Origin: Octopus vulgaris
Taxonomy: Eukaryota
Assembly (NCBI GenBank): GCA_951406725.2
Contig: OX597831.1
Span: 1,922,001 to 1,986,000, forward strand
Direction: 5' to 3'
Length of the DNA: 64,000 nucleotides
Of this stretch, positions 48,701 through 55,379 are shown one piece after another. The stretch's first letter is position 1; every line of letters starts with the position of its first letter. The translations under genes and the position numbers were made by a program. The notes beneath the pieces are model-generated. The model was not told the DNA's origin and ran no database searches. It was given only the letters and a program-made list of their open reading frames with translations.

Positions 48701-49622
48701 CCAAATCTATTCACAAGGCTTTGGCCAGCCCAGAGCTATACTAGAAGACACTTGCTCATGGTGCCATAACTGACTAGCATACCGTCAGTCACAATGACAA
48801 AGGTTCCAGTTGATCTGATCAATGGAACAGCCTTCTTGTGAAATTGCAAGTGGCTGAGTAGTCCACAGACACATGTACCCTTAACATAGTTCTTAAGAAG
48901 ATTCAACATGACACAGAATGTGATAAGGCTGTCCCTTTGAAATACAGGTGCTACTCATTTTTACCAGCTGAGTGGACTGGAAATATCTTACTCAAAGACA
49001 AAACATATTTATTTCTTTATTACCCACAGAGAGCTAAACATAGAGGGGACAAATAAGGACAGACAAAGGGTTTCAGTCAATTACATCAACCCCAGTGCTT
49101 AACTGGCACTTATTTAATCGACCCCGAAAGGTTGAAAGGCAAAGTCAACCTCGGCGGAATTTGAACTCAGAACATAATGGCAGACGAAATACCGCTAAGC
49201 ATTTCGCCCAGCGTGCTAACGATTCTGCCAGCTCACCGCCCTGCATATTGTCAGGTATCGAACTGATGACCTCACCATTGTGAACCAAGCACCCTAACCA
49301 CTAAGCCACATACTTTCCCATGTTGTCATGCAGTAACCCATGTGACTGAGAAGCAAGCTTCTTAACTATACAGCTATGCCTACATCTATTATAATTGTTT
49401 CTATCTTTATATATGTTTTTACAATTGTTTTCTTTTTGTTTGTTTTTATTATCCCTCTTTTTTTTTTCAGGTAATTCTGACCTACTGGACAACAGAACAG
49501 GAGTCACCTATGAACAAATGCAGACACTCATTGAGAGTGCCTTGATGGACAGTGGCTACTATTGCATCCCTTCTTTTGTAAATAATACTGATACCGATTC
49601 CCTGCAAAAGAACTTTTCATAA
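1261..49622 (+). CDS. NEK10: NEK10 serine/threonine(/tyrosine) kinase, spliced CDS span (30 coding exons, ~1164 aa)
   Basis: Exons joined by hand at GT-AG sites with consistent phase, total 3495 nt. The translation matches the NEK10 architecture as I recall it: [122 protein letters not shown]. Confidence 0.95.
1510..1798 (-). mobile_element. tRNA-derived SINE family C (head gtggagg..tggcc.agtggttag.gcagcggactc)
   Basis: tRNA-like head on the minus strand; inserted in (TA)n. Confidence 0.82.
2625..3128 (+). mobile_element. CR1-clade LINE 3' end (ORF2 C-terminus) with (ATT)n tail
   Basis: [24 protein letters not shown]...YSERL...LRRL..DL...TRGHAYK...[14 protein letters not shown]. Confidence 0.9.
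3247..3570. repeat. Fold-back inverted repeat (~135-bp arms)
   Basis: ttgttgtgtctgg...gcaaccttttca pairs with tgaaaaggttgc...ccagacacaacaa. Confidence 0.85.
3704..3764 (+). CDS. NEK10: NEK10 exon 2 ([20 protein letters not shown])
   Basis: Polypyrimidine tract plus tttcag|, donor cag|gtaaga, open frame. Confidence 0.75.
4207..4436 (+). mobile_element. SINE family B (ggcggcgagc(t/c)ggcagaa...ttgcctttcatcctttcggggtcgataaattaagtacc...)
   Basis: B-box-like gagttcaaattcc; further copies at ~15288, 15945, 23618, 49010(-), 50378, 50617. Confidence 0.85.
4573..4667 (+). CDS. NEK10: NEK10 exon 3 (DFSEETNTK...LEAQALEQF)
   Basis: tacag| ... ag|gtattt; resembles NEK10 'EAVELENFS'. Confidence 0.85.
4710..4938. 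mobile_element. piggyBac-like MITE (TTAA ends)
   Basis: ttaa-ccctttcgttac ... gtaacgaaaggg-ttaa; opposite-orientation copy at 31027-31255. Confidence 0.85.
6247..6339 (+). CDS. NEK10: NEK10 exon 4 ([11 protein letters not shown]...[12 protein letters not shown])
   Basis: tttcag| ... tg|gtaaga; NEK10 YKNERNFS..LVKNRL motif. Confidence 0.92.
6534..6631. repeat. Perfect 49-bp tandem duplication
   Basis: actctaaagataaacc...ccattccctaca x2. Confidence 0.9.
7440..8545 (+). mobile_element. Mariner (DD34D-type) transposase relic
   Basis: [43 protein letters not shown]; many stops and frameshifts. Confidence 0.85.
8720..9250 (+). mobile_element. Penelope-like element GIY-YIG endonuclease relic
   Basis: [47 protein letters not shown] pattern. 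Confidence 0.7.
9603..9834. repeat. Inverted repeat (~70-bp arms)
   Basis: agtaatgactttttgccaaca... / ...tgttggcaaaaagtcattact. Confidence 0.88.
9946..10072 (+). CDS. NEK10: NEK10 exon 5 ([24 protein letters not shown]...SSAE)
   Basis: tccag| ... gag|gtagga; LRxxMRD motif. Confidence 0.92.
10179..10240. repeat. Tight hairpin (28-bp stem, 6-nt loop)
   Basis: atattactgttatttagccctaggaagc-agcatc-gcttcctagggctaaatagcaataatat. Confidence 0.9.
10526..10757. mobile_element. hAT MITE
   Basis: TIR caatggttctcaacc / ggttgaggaccactg; 8-bp TSD atgtatgt/atgtatat. Confidence 0.8.
10937..11205 (-). mobile_element. SINE family C with 12-bp TSD acaaggtgcagt
   Basis: TSD at 10925-10936 and 11206-11217. Confidence 0.9.
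11504..11582 (+). CDS. NEK10: NEK10 exon 6 ([26 protein letters not shown])
   Basis: Strong polypyrimidine tract, cag| ... a|gtgaga. Confidence 0.9.
12316..12383 (+). CDS. NEK10: NEK10 exon 7 ([23 protein letters not shown])
   Basis: tccag| ... cag|gtaaat; IFxKL..DQR.W motif. Confidence 0.9.
13070..13478 (-). mobile_element. SINE family A, full length
   Basis: Reverse complement of the family A consensus. Confidence 0.88.
13526..13605 (+). CDS. NEK10: NEK10 exon 8 ([26 protein letters not shown])
   Basis: catag| ... ag|gtaaat; fills the required phase 0 to phase 2 gap with an ARM-helix pattern. Confidence 0.85.
14688..14774 (+). CDS. NEK10: NEK10 exon 9 ([28 protein letters not shown])
   Basis: ttgcag| ... 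aa|gtaaga; LNxVExLLxIxxEYD motif. Confidence 0.92.
14812..15115 (-). mobile_element. SINE family C with 13-bp TSD agatatcaggtat
   Basis: TSD at 14799-14811 and 15116-15128. Confidence 0.9.
15945..16168 (+). mobile_element. SINE family B just upstream of exon 10
   Basis: Consensus match. Confidence 0.85.
16211..16342 (+). CDS. NEK10: NEK10 exon 10 ([23 protein letters not shown]...[10 protein letters not shown])
   Basis: tttcag| ... ca|gtaagt; ARM repeat GGIPxLL. Confidence 0.92.
16750..17100 (-). mobile_element. SINE-like family D (…ggaagggcatccagctgtag…ccaacccatgctagcatggaaaatggacgttaa(atg)n tail)
   Basis: Related copies at ~19915, 27020, 30025, 46810, 52620, 57620, 60780. Confidence 0.7.
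17206..17272 (+). CDS. NEK10: NEK10 exon 11 ([22 protein letters not shown])
   Basis: tacag| ... cag|gtgagt; phase 2 to phase 0 fits. Confidence 0.8.
17498..17537 (+). CDS. NEK10: NEK10 exon 12a ([13 protein letters not shown]), 40 nt
   Basis: tctacag| ... g|gtattt; phase 0 to phase 1 fits exon 13. Confidence 0.8.
17955..18225 (-). mobile_element. RTE-clade LINE 3' fragment inside the (ATT)n tract of duplicate copy 1
   Basis: Minus strand reads [21 protein letters not shown]...W...[12 protein letters not shown], with a microsatellite tail. Confidence 0.8.
18494..18533 (+). CDS. NEK10: NEK10 exon 12b, duplicated copy ([13 protein letters not shown]), 40 nt
   Basis: Same splice sites as 12a, with a single A>T change (Ile>Leu). 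Confidence 0.6.
19319..19467 (+). CDS. NEK10: NEK10 exon 13 ([18 protein letters not shown]...ILQ)
   Basis: Near-identical to the NEK10 motif; ttcag| ... cag|gtttgt. Confidence 0.96.
20214..20655. mobile_element. TIR element / MITE
   Basis: attctgtaaata...ttataagctt and aagcttataa...tatttacagaat inverted ends. Confidence 0.6.
20921..21088 (+). CDS. NEK10: NEK10 exon 14 ([23 protein letters not shown]...NNLP)
   Basis: Conserved NEK10 segment; ttcag| ... |gtaagt. Confidence 0.96.
21166..21560 (-). mobile_element. SINE family A, full length
   Basis: Consensus match. Confidence 0.88.
21655..22094 (+). mobile_element. Non-autonomous Helitron-like element
   Basis: A|TC start, subterminal hairpin cccgggcaacgctggg, CTAG|T end; matching 3' end at ~26985-27007; related element at ~48228-48516. 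Confidence 0.75.
22177..22347 (+). CDS. NEK10: NEK10 exon 15, kinase start ([12 protein letters not shown]...ALKE)
   Basis: Gly-rich loop and VAIK-equivalent lysine; ccag| ... |gtgagt. Confidence 0.97.
22370..22700. repeat. (CT)n-rich tract with an internal duplication
   Basis: Polypyrimidine microsatellite after exon 15. Confidence 0.85.
23618..23845 (+). mobile_element. SINE family B
   Basis: Consensus match. Confidence 0.85.
24974..25115 (+). CDS. NEK10: NEK10 exon 16 ([10 protein letters not shown]...[22 protein letters not shown])
   Basis: alphaC Glu and HxNIV motif; tacag| ... g|gtaagt. Confidence 0.96.
25213..25760 (+). mobile_element. Nested CR1 3' fragments (younger copy ~25331-25690 inside an older copy)
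   Basis: GHxYK...[15 protein letters not shown] appears twice; the older copy resumes after 25690. Confidence 0.8.
26429..26550 (+). CDS. NEK10: NEK10 exon 17 ([14 protein letters not shown]...RIWNILIQ)
   Basis: Kinase hinge; ccag| ... |gtaagt. Confidence 0.96.
27915..28017 (+). CDS. NEK10: NEK10 exon 18 ([25 protein letters not shown]...VTV)
   Basis: Catalytic loop HRDLTPNN, diagnostic of NEK10. Confidence 0.97.
29146..29985 (-). mobile_element. Two tandem SINE family A copies separated and flanked by (TA)n
   Basis: Copies at 29146-29525 and 29562-29985. Confidence 0.88.
30437..30663. mobile_element. Second TTAA-flanked MITE family (ccctttagcatt...aatgctaaaggg)
   Basis: Related copies at ~6778-7000, 12518-12903, 15677-15902, 22964-23190. 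Confidence 0.75.
31027..31255. mobile_element. piggyBac-like MITE (TTAA ends)
   Basis: ttaa-ccctttcattac ... gtaatgaaaggg-ttaa. Confidence 0.85.
31475..31553 (+). CDS. NEK10: NEK10 exon 19 ([25 protein letters not shown])
   Basis: DFG and activation loop; gcag| ... tg|gtaaat. Confidence 0.97.
31870..32230 (-). mobile_element. Decayed L2/CR1-like LINE 3' fragment
   Basis: Minus-strand [13 protein letters not shown] motif; related fragment at ~27690-27855. Confidence 0.55.
32290..32419 (+). CDS. NEK10: NEK10 exon 20 ([20 protein letters not shown]...TLAKK)
   Basis: PE..Y..K.DIWALGC kinase subdomains VIII-IX. Confidence 0.97.
32560..33040 (+). mobile_element. hAT (Buster/Charlie-like) transposase relic
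   Basis: [20 protein letters not shown] motif. Confidence 0.7.
33165..33580. mobile_element. Non-autonomous hAT element with a dimerisation-domain remnant
   Basis: Imperfect TIRs (gggccagattaa / ttaatccagcactg); minus-strand [19 protein letters not shown]. Confidence 0.6.
33700..34224. mobile_element. pogo/Tigger-like MITE
   Basis: Perfect inverted ends taccgtaaatcctcgagtata / tatactcgaggatttacggta, including TA. Confidence 0.9.
34409..34479 (+). CDS. NEK10: NEK10 exon 21 ([23 protein letters not shown])
   Basis: ttcag| ... ag|gtatgg. Confidence 0.94.
34695..34906. mobile_element. Tc1/mariner MITE
   Basis: ~30-bp TIR cagggtgc(a/g)gcagaaatacctcccacattt with TA TSD. Confidence 0.9.
35067..35216 (+). 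CDS. NEK10: NEK10 exon 22 ([11 protein letters not shown]...[10 protein letters not shown])
   Basis: Kinase end (P..RP) and coiled coil; ccag| ... aa|gtgagt. Confidence 0.95.
35293..35605 (+). mobile_element. SINE family C with 12-bp TSD tatagatgcagg
   Basis: TSD at 35282-35293 and 35606-35617. Confidence 0.9.
35930..36303 (+). mobile_element. SINE family A with an internal head deletion
   Basis: Head joined directly to gccttgtgagtgg. Confidence 0.8.
36564..36675 (+). CDS. NEK10: NEK10 exon 23 ([16 protein letters not shown]...REEK)
   Basis: tctag| ... aag|gtaatt; RTQ(K/R)YFxEA continuity. Confidence 0.9.
37420..37860 (-). mobile_element. CR1-clade LINE 3' fragment
   Basis: Reverse complement of the 2700-3080 and 25331-25690 sequence, with (AAT)n tail. 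Confidence 0.85.
38235..38340 (+). CDS. NEK10: NEK10 exon 24 ([14 protein letters not shown]...TEDQ)
   Basis: tacag| ... ag|gtgagg; phase fits; acidic linker. Confidence 0.8.
38350..39720. repeat. (CAT)n/(CAC)n low-complexity tracts flanking exon 25
   Basis: Long degenerate ATC repeats on both sides of 39098-39448. Confidence 0.85.
39098..39448 (+). CDS. NEK10: NEK10 exon 25 ([12 protein letters not shown]...LSLVIPNT), 351-nt Ser/Asp-rich linker
   Basis: tttccag| ... ag|gtaata; complex coding-like sequence between (CAT)n tracts; phase 1-1. Confidence 0.82.
40199..40500 (+). mobile_element. SINE family C head with a different 3' tail
   Basis: Shared head and body up to actttctctcactct, then an unrelated tail. 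Confidence 0.78.
40631..40834. repeat. Fold-back inverted repeat (~90-bp arms)
   Basis: atttccgtcatcagt...ataaatttgagag / ctctcaaatttat...actgatgatggaaat. Confidence 0.88.
41095..41900. repeat. Long degenerate (TA/TG)n microsatellite with an embedded SINE A head
   Basis: Direct observation. Confidence 0.9.
41898..42061. repeat. Near-perfect ~160-nt palindrome
   Basis: aacagtttgattcaaa...tgctagtcatcagc / gctgatgactagca...tttgaatcaaactgtt with a very short loop. Confidence 0.9.
42231..43080 (+). mobile_element. Tc1/mariner superfamily DD37D (maT-like) internally deleted element
   Basis: TA|cagggtgcgatgg TIR start; ORF 42533-42958 WQQD-37 aa-D ([16 protein letters not shown]). Confidence 0.85.
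43480..43635 (+). CDS. NEK10: NEK10 exon 26 ([15 protein letters not shown]...LRVQRP)
   Basis: tttcag| ... t|gtaagt; open frame, phase 1-1. Confidence 0.78.
43843..43967 (+). CDS. NEK10: NEK10 exon 27 (...[23 protein letters not shown])
   Basis: Conserved NEK10 C-terminal motif. Confidence 0.95.
43984..44428 (+). mobile_element. SINE family A (older copy)
   Basis: Consensus match. Confidence 0.85.
44492..44897 (-). mobile_element. SINE family A, full length
   Basis: Consensus match. Confidence 0.88.
45063..45173 (+). CDS. NEK10: NEK10 exon 28 ([23 protein letters not shown]...ELNK)
   Basis: Conserved LPP..RR.IE.FK..LFS motif. Confidence 0.95.
45510..45921 (-). mobile_element. SINE family A
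   Basis: Consensus match. Confidence 0.85.
47381..47510 (+). CDS. NEK10: NEK10 exon 29 ([14 protein letters not shown]...NNMS)
   Basis: tccag| ... ag|gtaaca; L..GS.E.I motif. Confidence 0.9.
49010..49240 (-). mobile_element. SINE family B
   Basis: Reverse complement of the consensus. Confidence 0.82.
49471..49622 (+). CDS. NEK10: NEK10 terminal exon 30 (...[21 protein letters not shown]...NFS*)
   Basis: Strong acceptor; GxTYEQMQTxIE..L..SGYY motif; TAA at 49620-49622. Confidence 0.95.
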
Positions 49623-49678
49623 ATGCCCACCATATTTCACTTGTGAGTCTTTCTCTGTGAGTGAGACTATGTGCTGTG

Positions 49679-49709
<31 letters not shown>

Positions 49710-49901
49710 GTGTGTGTGTGTGTGTGTGTGTGACAGACAGACAGACAGAAACAAAGAGAGAGAGACTAAAGGTCTTTTAAATCTTTCATTCATATTAGTT
49801 TCATAAAACATTATTTGTCTATAATTGAATTTTGTGAAACATGCCATCAGACATGAGTCTATAAAAGATATAATACAGGGTTTTTTATTGTTATCATCAT
49901 T

Positions 49902-50292
49902 ACTCTTTTACTTCTTTCAGTCATTTGACTGCGGCCATGCTGGAGCACCGCCTTTAATCGAGCAATTCGACCCCGGGACTTATTCTTTTGTAAGCCCAGT
50001 ACTTATTCTATCGGCCTCTTTTGCCGAACCGCTAAGTTACGGGGACATAAACACACCAGCATCGGTTGTCAAGCAATGCTAGGGGGGCAAACACAGACAC
50101 ACAAACACACACACGCATATACATATATACGACGGACTTCTTTCAGTTTCCGTCTACCAAATCCACTCACAAGGCTTTGGTCGGCCCGAGGCTATAGTAG
50201 AAGACACTTGCCCAAGGTACCACGCAGTGGGACTGAACCCGGAACCGTGTGGTTGATAAACAAGCTACTTACCACACAGCCACTCCTGCGCC
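49902..50292 (-). mobile_element. SINE family A just downstream of the NEK10 stop
   Basis: Consensus match. Confidence 0.88.
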
Positions 50293-50313
50293 TATTAATA
50301 TTATTATTATTTA

Positions 50314-50378
<65 letters not shown>

Positions 50379-50819
50379 GGCAGTGAGCTGGCAGAATTAT
50401 TAGCATGCCAGGCACAATGCTTAGTGACTTTCCATCTGTCCTTACATTCTGAGTTCAAATTCTGCTGTGGTCAGCTTTGCTTTTCAGCCTTTCTGGGTTG
50501 ATAAATTAGGTGCCAGTGAACCACTGGGGTTGATGTAATCAGCTAGTTCTCTCTTGCCAAATTTCAGGCCTCATGCCAGTAGAAAGAATTATTATTGTTA
50601 TTATTGTTATTATTAAGGTGGCAAGCTGGCAGAATCATTAGCACACCAGGCAAAATGCTTAGCATCATTTCATTCTGAGTTCAAATTCCACCAAGGTCAA
50701 CTTTGCTTTTCCTCCTTTTGGGGCTGATGAAATAAGTACCAGTTATATAATGGGATTGACTACTCCCATCCCCTCAAATTTCGAACCTTGTGCCTATAAA
50801 AGAAAGGATTATTATTATT

Positions 50820-52170
50820 CTAATTTGCATGTTTGATGCAATCACTTGCAGGGACACACCCAACATCCTAGGGCAAGTGAAGGTTAAAAGATATTGAAAT
50901 ATAACTGAAAGCTTGGGTGGGGGTGGAATTGGTGGAGGGTAGTACAGAAATACATTCATATAATAGAACACAAACATTGAAATTGATAGGGTTTTTATAA
51001 GGATGTAGGCAGTACTTGTTAGTACAATCTTTTGGATTTCTTTGAGATATGGCTCTCCTGGGATGTTGTTTAGATGTTTCTGACATCCCTTTTTTATCAT
51101 TCCTAGGGGACCTACAATGTCAAATTTTTTTACAGATATGTCTTTATCAGTGGGAGCACTTATATCTATCAGTCTACAAATATTTTCTTCTCTGTCTTTA
51201 ATAATTATATTTTGTTAATTAGCCTGGAGTGTTCTGTCTGTGTTGACTGGAAAATCCCAGTAGGTGATGACATTTTTACTTCCAACAACAGATTCAGGAT
51301 GGTGTTCATACCAGTCAGCAGGAGTGTTGATTTTCTAATGCTTGCATATTTTCCAATGTAAACACTGTCCTAACCTATTGTAGTGAATTTTGTATTCATT
51401 TGATGTTAGCACAGGACATCCCAAAATGAGATACTCTTTACTCTTTTACTTGTTTCAGTCATTTGACTGTGGCCATGCTGGAGCACCACCTTTAGTCGAG
51501 CAAATCGACCCCGGGACTTATTCTTAGTAAGCCCAGTACTTATTCTATTGGTCTCTTTTGCCGAACTGCTAAGTGACAGGGACGTAAACACATCAGCATC
51601 GGTTGTCAAGCAATGCTAGGGGGACAAACACAGACACACAAACAAACACACATACATATATATACATATATACGACAGGCTTCTTTCAGTTTCCGTCTAC
51701 CAAATCCACTCACAAGGCTTTGGTCGGCCCGAGGCTATAGCAGAAGACACTTGCCCAAGATGCCACGCAGTGGGACTGAACCCGGAGCCATGTGGTTGGT
51801 TAGCAAGCTACTTACCACACAGCCACTCCTGTGCCTATTGGTCTATTTTTTTGTCAAATGTATTGCAGAATATGCATTTTGGGTCAGCACCATTTTGAAG
51901 AACGTTAACCTGGTAATTTCTGGTAAACAAGCTTTGATCTTGTGCTGCCAGTATGAAACCTTCAGTCTCTGCTTTCAATTTTGAGCCATTCAGCTACTGA
52001 TGAGTCATTGTTTGGTCTACATCAGCCTTTTAACTTCAACATACATGTTGCCCATGCAGGGACTTCTGGCTCCACCACTCCTCAATTTTTTTGTGCCTAT
52101 TCTTTTTTGCAGTCTACTTGATTTGTTTTCCTTGTTTGGTAGGAGTGGTTTCAGGTTCTTCATCTACTTC
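50820..52170 (-). mobile_element. R4/Dong-clade LINE relic (zinc knuckle and restriction-like endonuclease end)
   Basis: LKAETEGFILAAQDQSLFTRNYQ..PKCIFC, WYEHHPESVV, YWDFPVNTDR, LIDISAP, EIQKIVLTSTAYIL. Confidence 0.8.
51433..51835 (-). mobile_element. SINE family A nested in the R4/Dong LINE relic
   Basis: Consensus match; LINE coding remnants on both sides. Confidence 0.85.
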
Positions 52171-53713
52171 ATGGTTAACATTATTATTATCATCATCACT
52201 GTTGTTGCTGGTGGTGGTGTTAATGAGAATTGTAGCTAGATATAATTTATGAAATTATTAATATTTATTTGTGAGCCTGTCCTAGATTTTGATCACTTAA
52301 ATAACTACACAATGCATTCAGATACTTATGAAAATTTATGATCATATTGTAAGGTTTTATATATATGTATATCCATATCCAGATAAAACAAGGAAACTAG
52401 TGGTGGTCTGTGCCAGCAAGACTTAGCAACAGAAAGAATAAAGTTAAAGTTGCCGATTAGGGTTGGAAACTGCACTCTTCGCAGTAATTTTTAAAAACTT
52501 TTTCTGTCACTTTTTCTCCATGTGTGTTTAAAAGTATATATATATGTATATTTATTTATTTTCAAATATTCACACACTGCTATCTCTTCTACTCTTTCTC
52601 ACACACATATATATATATATCATCATCATTGTTTAACGTCCGCTTTCCATGCTAGCATGGGTTGGACGGTTCAACTGGGGTCTGGGAAGCCAGAAGGCTG
52701 CGCCAGGCCCAGTCTGATCTGGCAGTGTTTCTACAGCTGGATGCCCTTCCTAACGCCAACCACTCCGTGAGTGTAGTGGGTGCTTTTTACGTGCCAGACA
52801 AGGCTGGCAAACGGCCACGATCGGATGGTGCTTTTTACATGCCACGTGAACCATTCAAATTCCAAAGAATCCCTCTCAACACATGGCCATGATGCTCCCC
52901 CACTACTTCTGCTCGTGATCAGAGATGCACGTATTGTCAGCCACTAAGGGACATGCTCAACTGGTTAAGGTCAAACAACTGACAAGCAAATCTGTGGTAT
53001 TGAGCAGAATATTTGCTGTAGCCCATCTTTTATACCAAGACAAAACAATGTACATAACACTTCCAATCAGTTAAGATCAGAAGCCATGAGAGCCACTGCC
53101 TGGTACTGCATCAGGGCATATATTGCATCAGGGCATTTATTATTATTATTTATTATTATTATTATTTTATTTATTTATTTTTTATTTTTTATTTTTATTA
53201 TTATTAAGGTGGTGAGCTTAGTGGTATTTTTTTATGGCTCTTTACATTCTGAGTTCAAATTCTCCCAAGATCAGCTTTGCTTTTCATCCTTTCTAAGTTG
53301 TTAAAATAGGTCCCAATTAAATACTGAGATCGAAATGGCTGATGTTGTGCCACAGTTAGAAAGAATTATTTTCATTGGTTAGTCTAGGAGATAGGAAAGG
53401 GTCACATCCTTTCTCTGTCCTTATAGACTGAATGATAGTAGTGGGGTGAGATGAAACTTCTACAGATGAGTAAATAAAAAGATATATCATTAGAAAAAGA
53501 GCTCCAGAAGGGGGTTGTTCTGAGGAAAAAGGATTGGGAAAGATATTAAACATGACTTTGCATATAGATTTATTCATTACACCTGCTGCATTGATACTCT
53601 GGCAATATATATGTATGATTATTATTTTAGATTTTTTGTCAAAGTTCTTTCATCACACATCCTGTGACCCCTTCAGCAACTCTCTATCCCCCATGTCTCC
53701 TCTTCTGCTTATT

Positions 53714-53752
<39 letters not shown>

Positions 53753-53755
<3 letters not shown>

Positions 53756-54163
53756 CCTTTTACTCTTTTACTTTCAGTCATTTGATTGCGGCCATGCTAG
53801 AGCACCGCCTTTAGTCGAGCAAATTGATTCCAGGACTTATTCTTTGTAAACTTTGTACTTATTCTATCCGTCTCTTTTGCCGAACCGCTAAGTAACGGAG
53901 ACATAAACACACCAGCATCGGTTGTCAAGCAATGCTAGGGGGGACATACACAGACACACAAACACACACACACACGTATATATACATATACATATATACG
54001 ACAGGCTTCTTTCAGTTTCCGTCTACCAAATCCACTCACAAGGCTTTGGTCGGCCCAAGACTATAGTAGAAGACACTTGTCCAAAGTGCCACGCAGTGGG
54101 ACTGAACCTGGAACCAAAACATATATATATATATATATAATTTTATTGTATCGCATTTAACTT

Positions 54164-54220
<57 letters not shown>

Positions 54221-54393
54221 TACATATATACGACAGGCTTCTTTCAGTTTCCGTCTACCAAATCCACTCGCAAGGCTTTGGTCGGCCCGAGGCTATAGTA
54301 GAAGACACTTGCACAAAGTGCCACGCAGTGGGACTGAACCCGGATCCATGTGGTTGGTAAGCAAGCTACTTACCACACAGCCACTCTTGCGCC
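53753..54393 (-). mobile_element. SINE family A with a duplicated head segment around a (TA)n tract
   Basis: The cgacaggcttctttcagtttccgtc block occurs twice. Confidence 0.8.
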
Positions 54394-54822
54394 TTAAATA
54401 AAATAGAGAGATATCTTAGCATTACTTTCACATATATTTTGTCTTAACGCTGTCATATAGCTAAATGGCCTCCTATGTATACAAATACTTGTGTCATTTA
54501 TTATATGTTTATTTTTGTTATTACCTTTGCCTTTTCCTTTTATATATTTTCTTGTTCTCCTCATAACTCGTCCCTTTTTACCATTCGGCCCCAAAGGCCC
54601 TGCCTTTTTTTGCACTTGTCTCATTCTATTCTTCATGCTCACTCATTTACACCCCAATTTCTTTTGGCTGGTGACTCACCAAATTGATCAATATTATTGA
54701 TGTGACATTGAAATTGTGATGATTTTTGGTTCATAACTGATGACGAATGAGCATGTCTACATCCTTTGTGTGTCTTTTCCTATTTTCTGTATGTTCTCTC
54801 ATCATTCTTCTGTGCCACATGA

Positions 54823-54878
<56 letters not shown>

Positions 54879-55379
54879 CTAGAAATTTAGAGTTCTCTCC
54901 CTTGCCTCTCTTGATTAGAATTTTCATTAACACTAATGTTTTTTTCTTTTTATTATGGATGCAATTTCAGTTGATTCAAAATTCTTTTGAGCTCACTACA
55001 CAATGTATGCTACTCCACACCTAACTATGAATTCTTCATGCAGGAAACATCCCTAGAAAATTTTCAGTTGTCATATGTGTATGTGTGTGTGCGTGCACAC
55101 ACACATATTTCTCTGGTCCAGTTAGTCACATAAATTAGCATTACAATGTATCCTACTTTCAATATATTCTCTGTCTCTCTCTCTCTCTCTCCAGTCCCTA
55201 ACATATGGTGTCTAGTCATCCTTTCTCTGCTTAGCAACATTTGCCATCTCCTTCCCTTCAGTTGTACCTCATTCAACCCTTTTTTTTTTCATTCCTTCTC
55301 ACTTACTTCATAATTTTTTTCCTTTTTTTTTTTTGAGGTACAGTGTCTGGATACACTTTTCACACACAGATACATTAAT

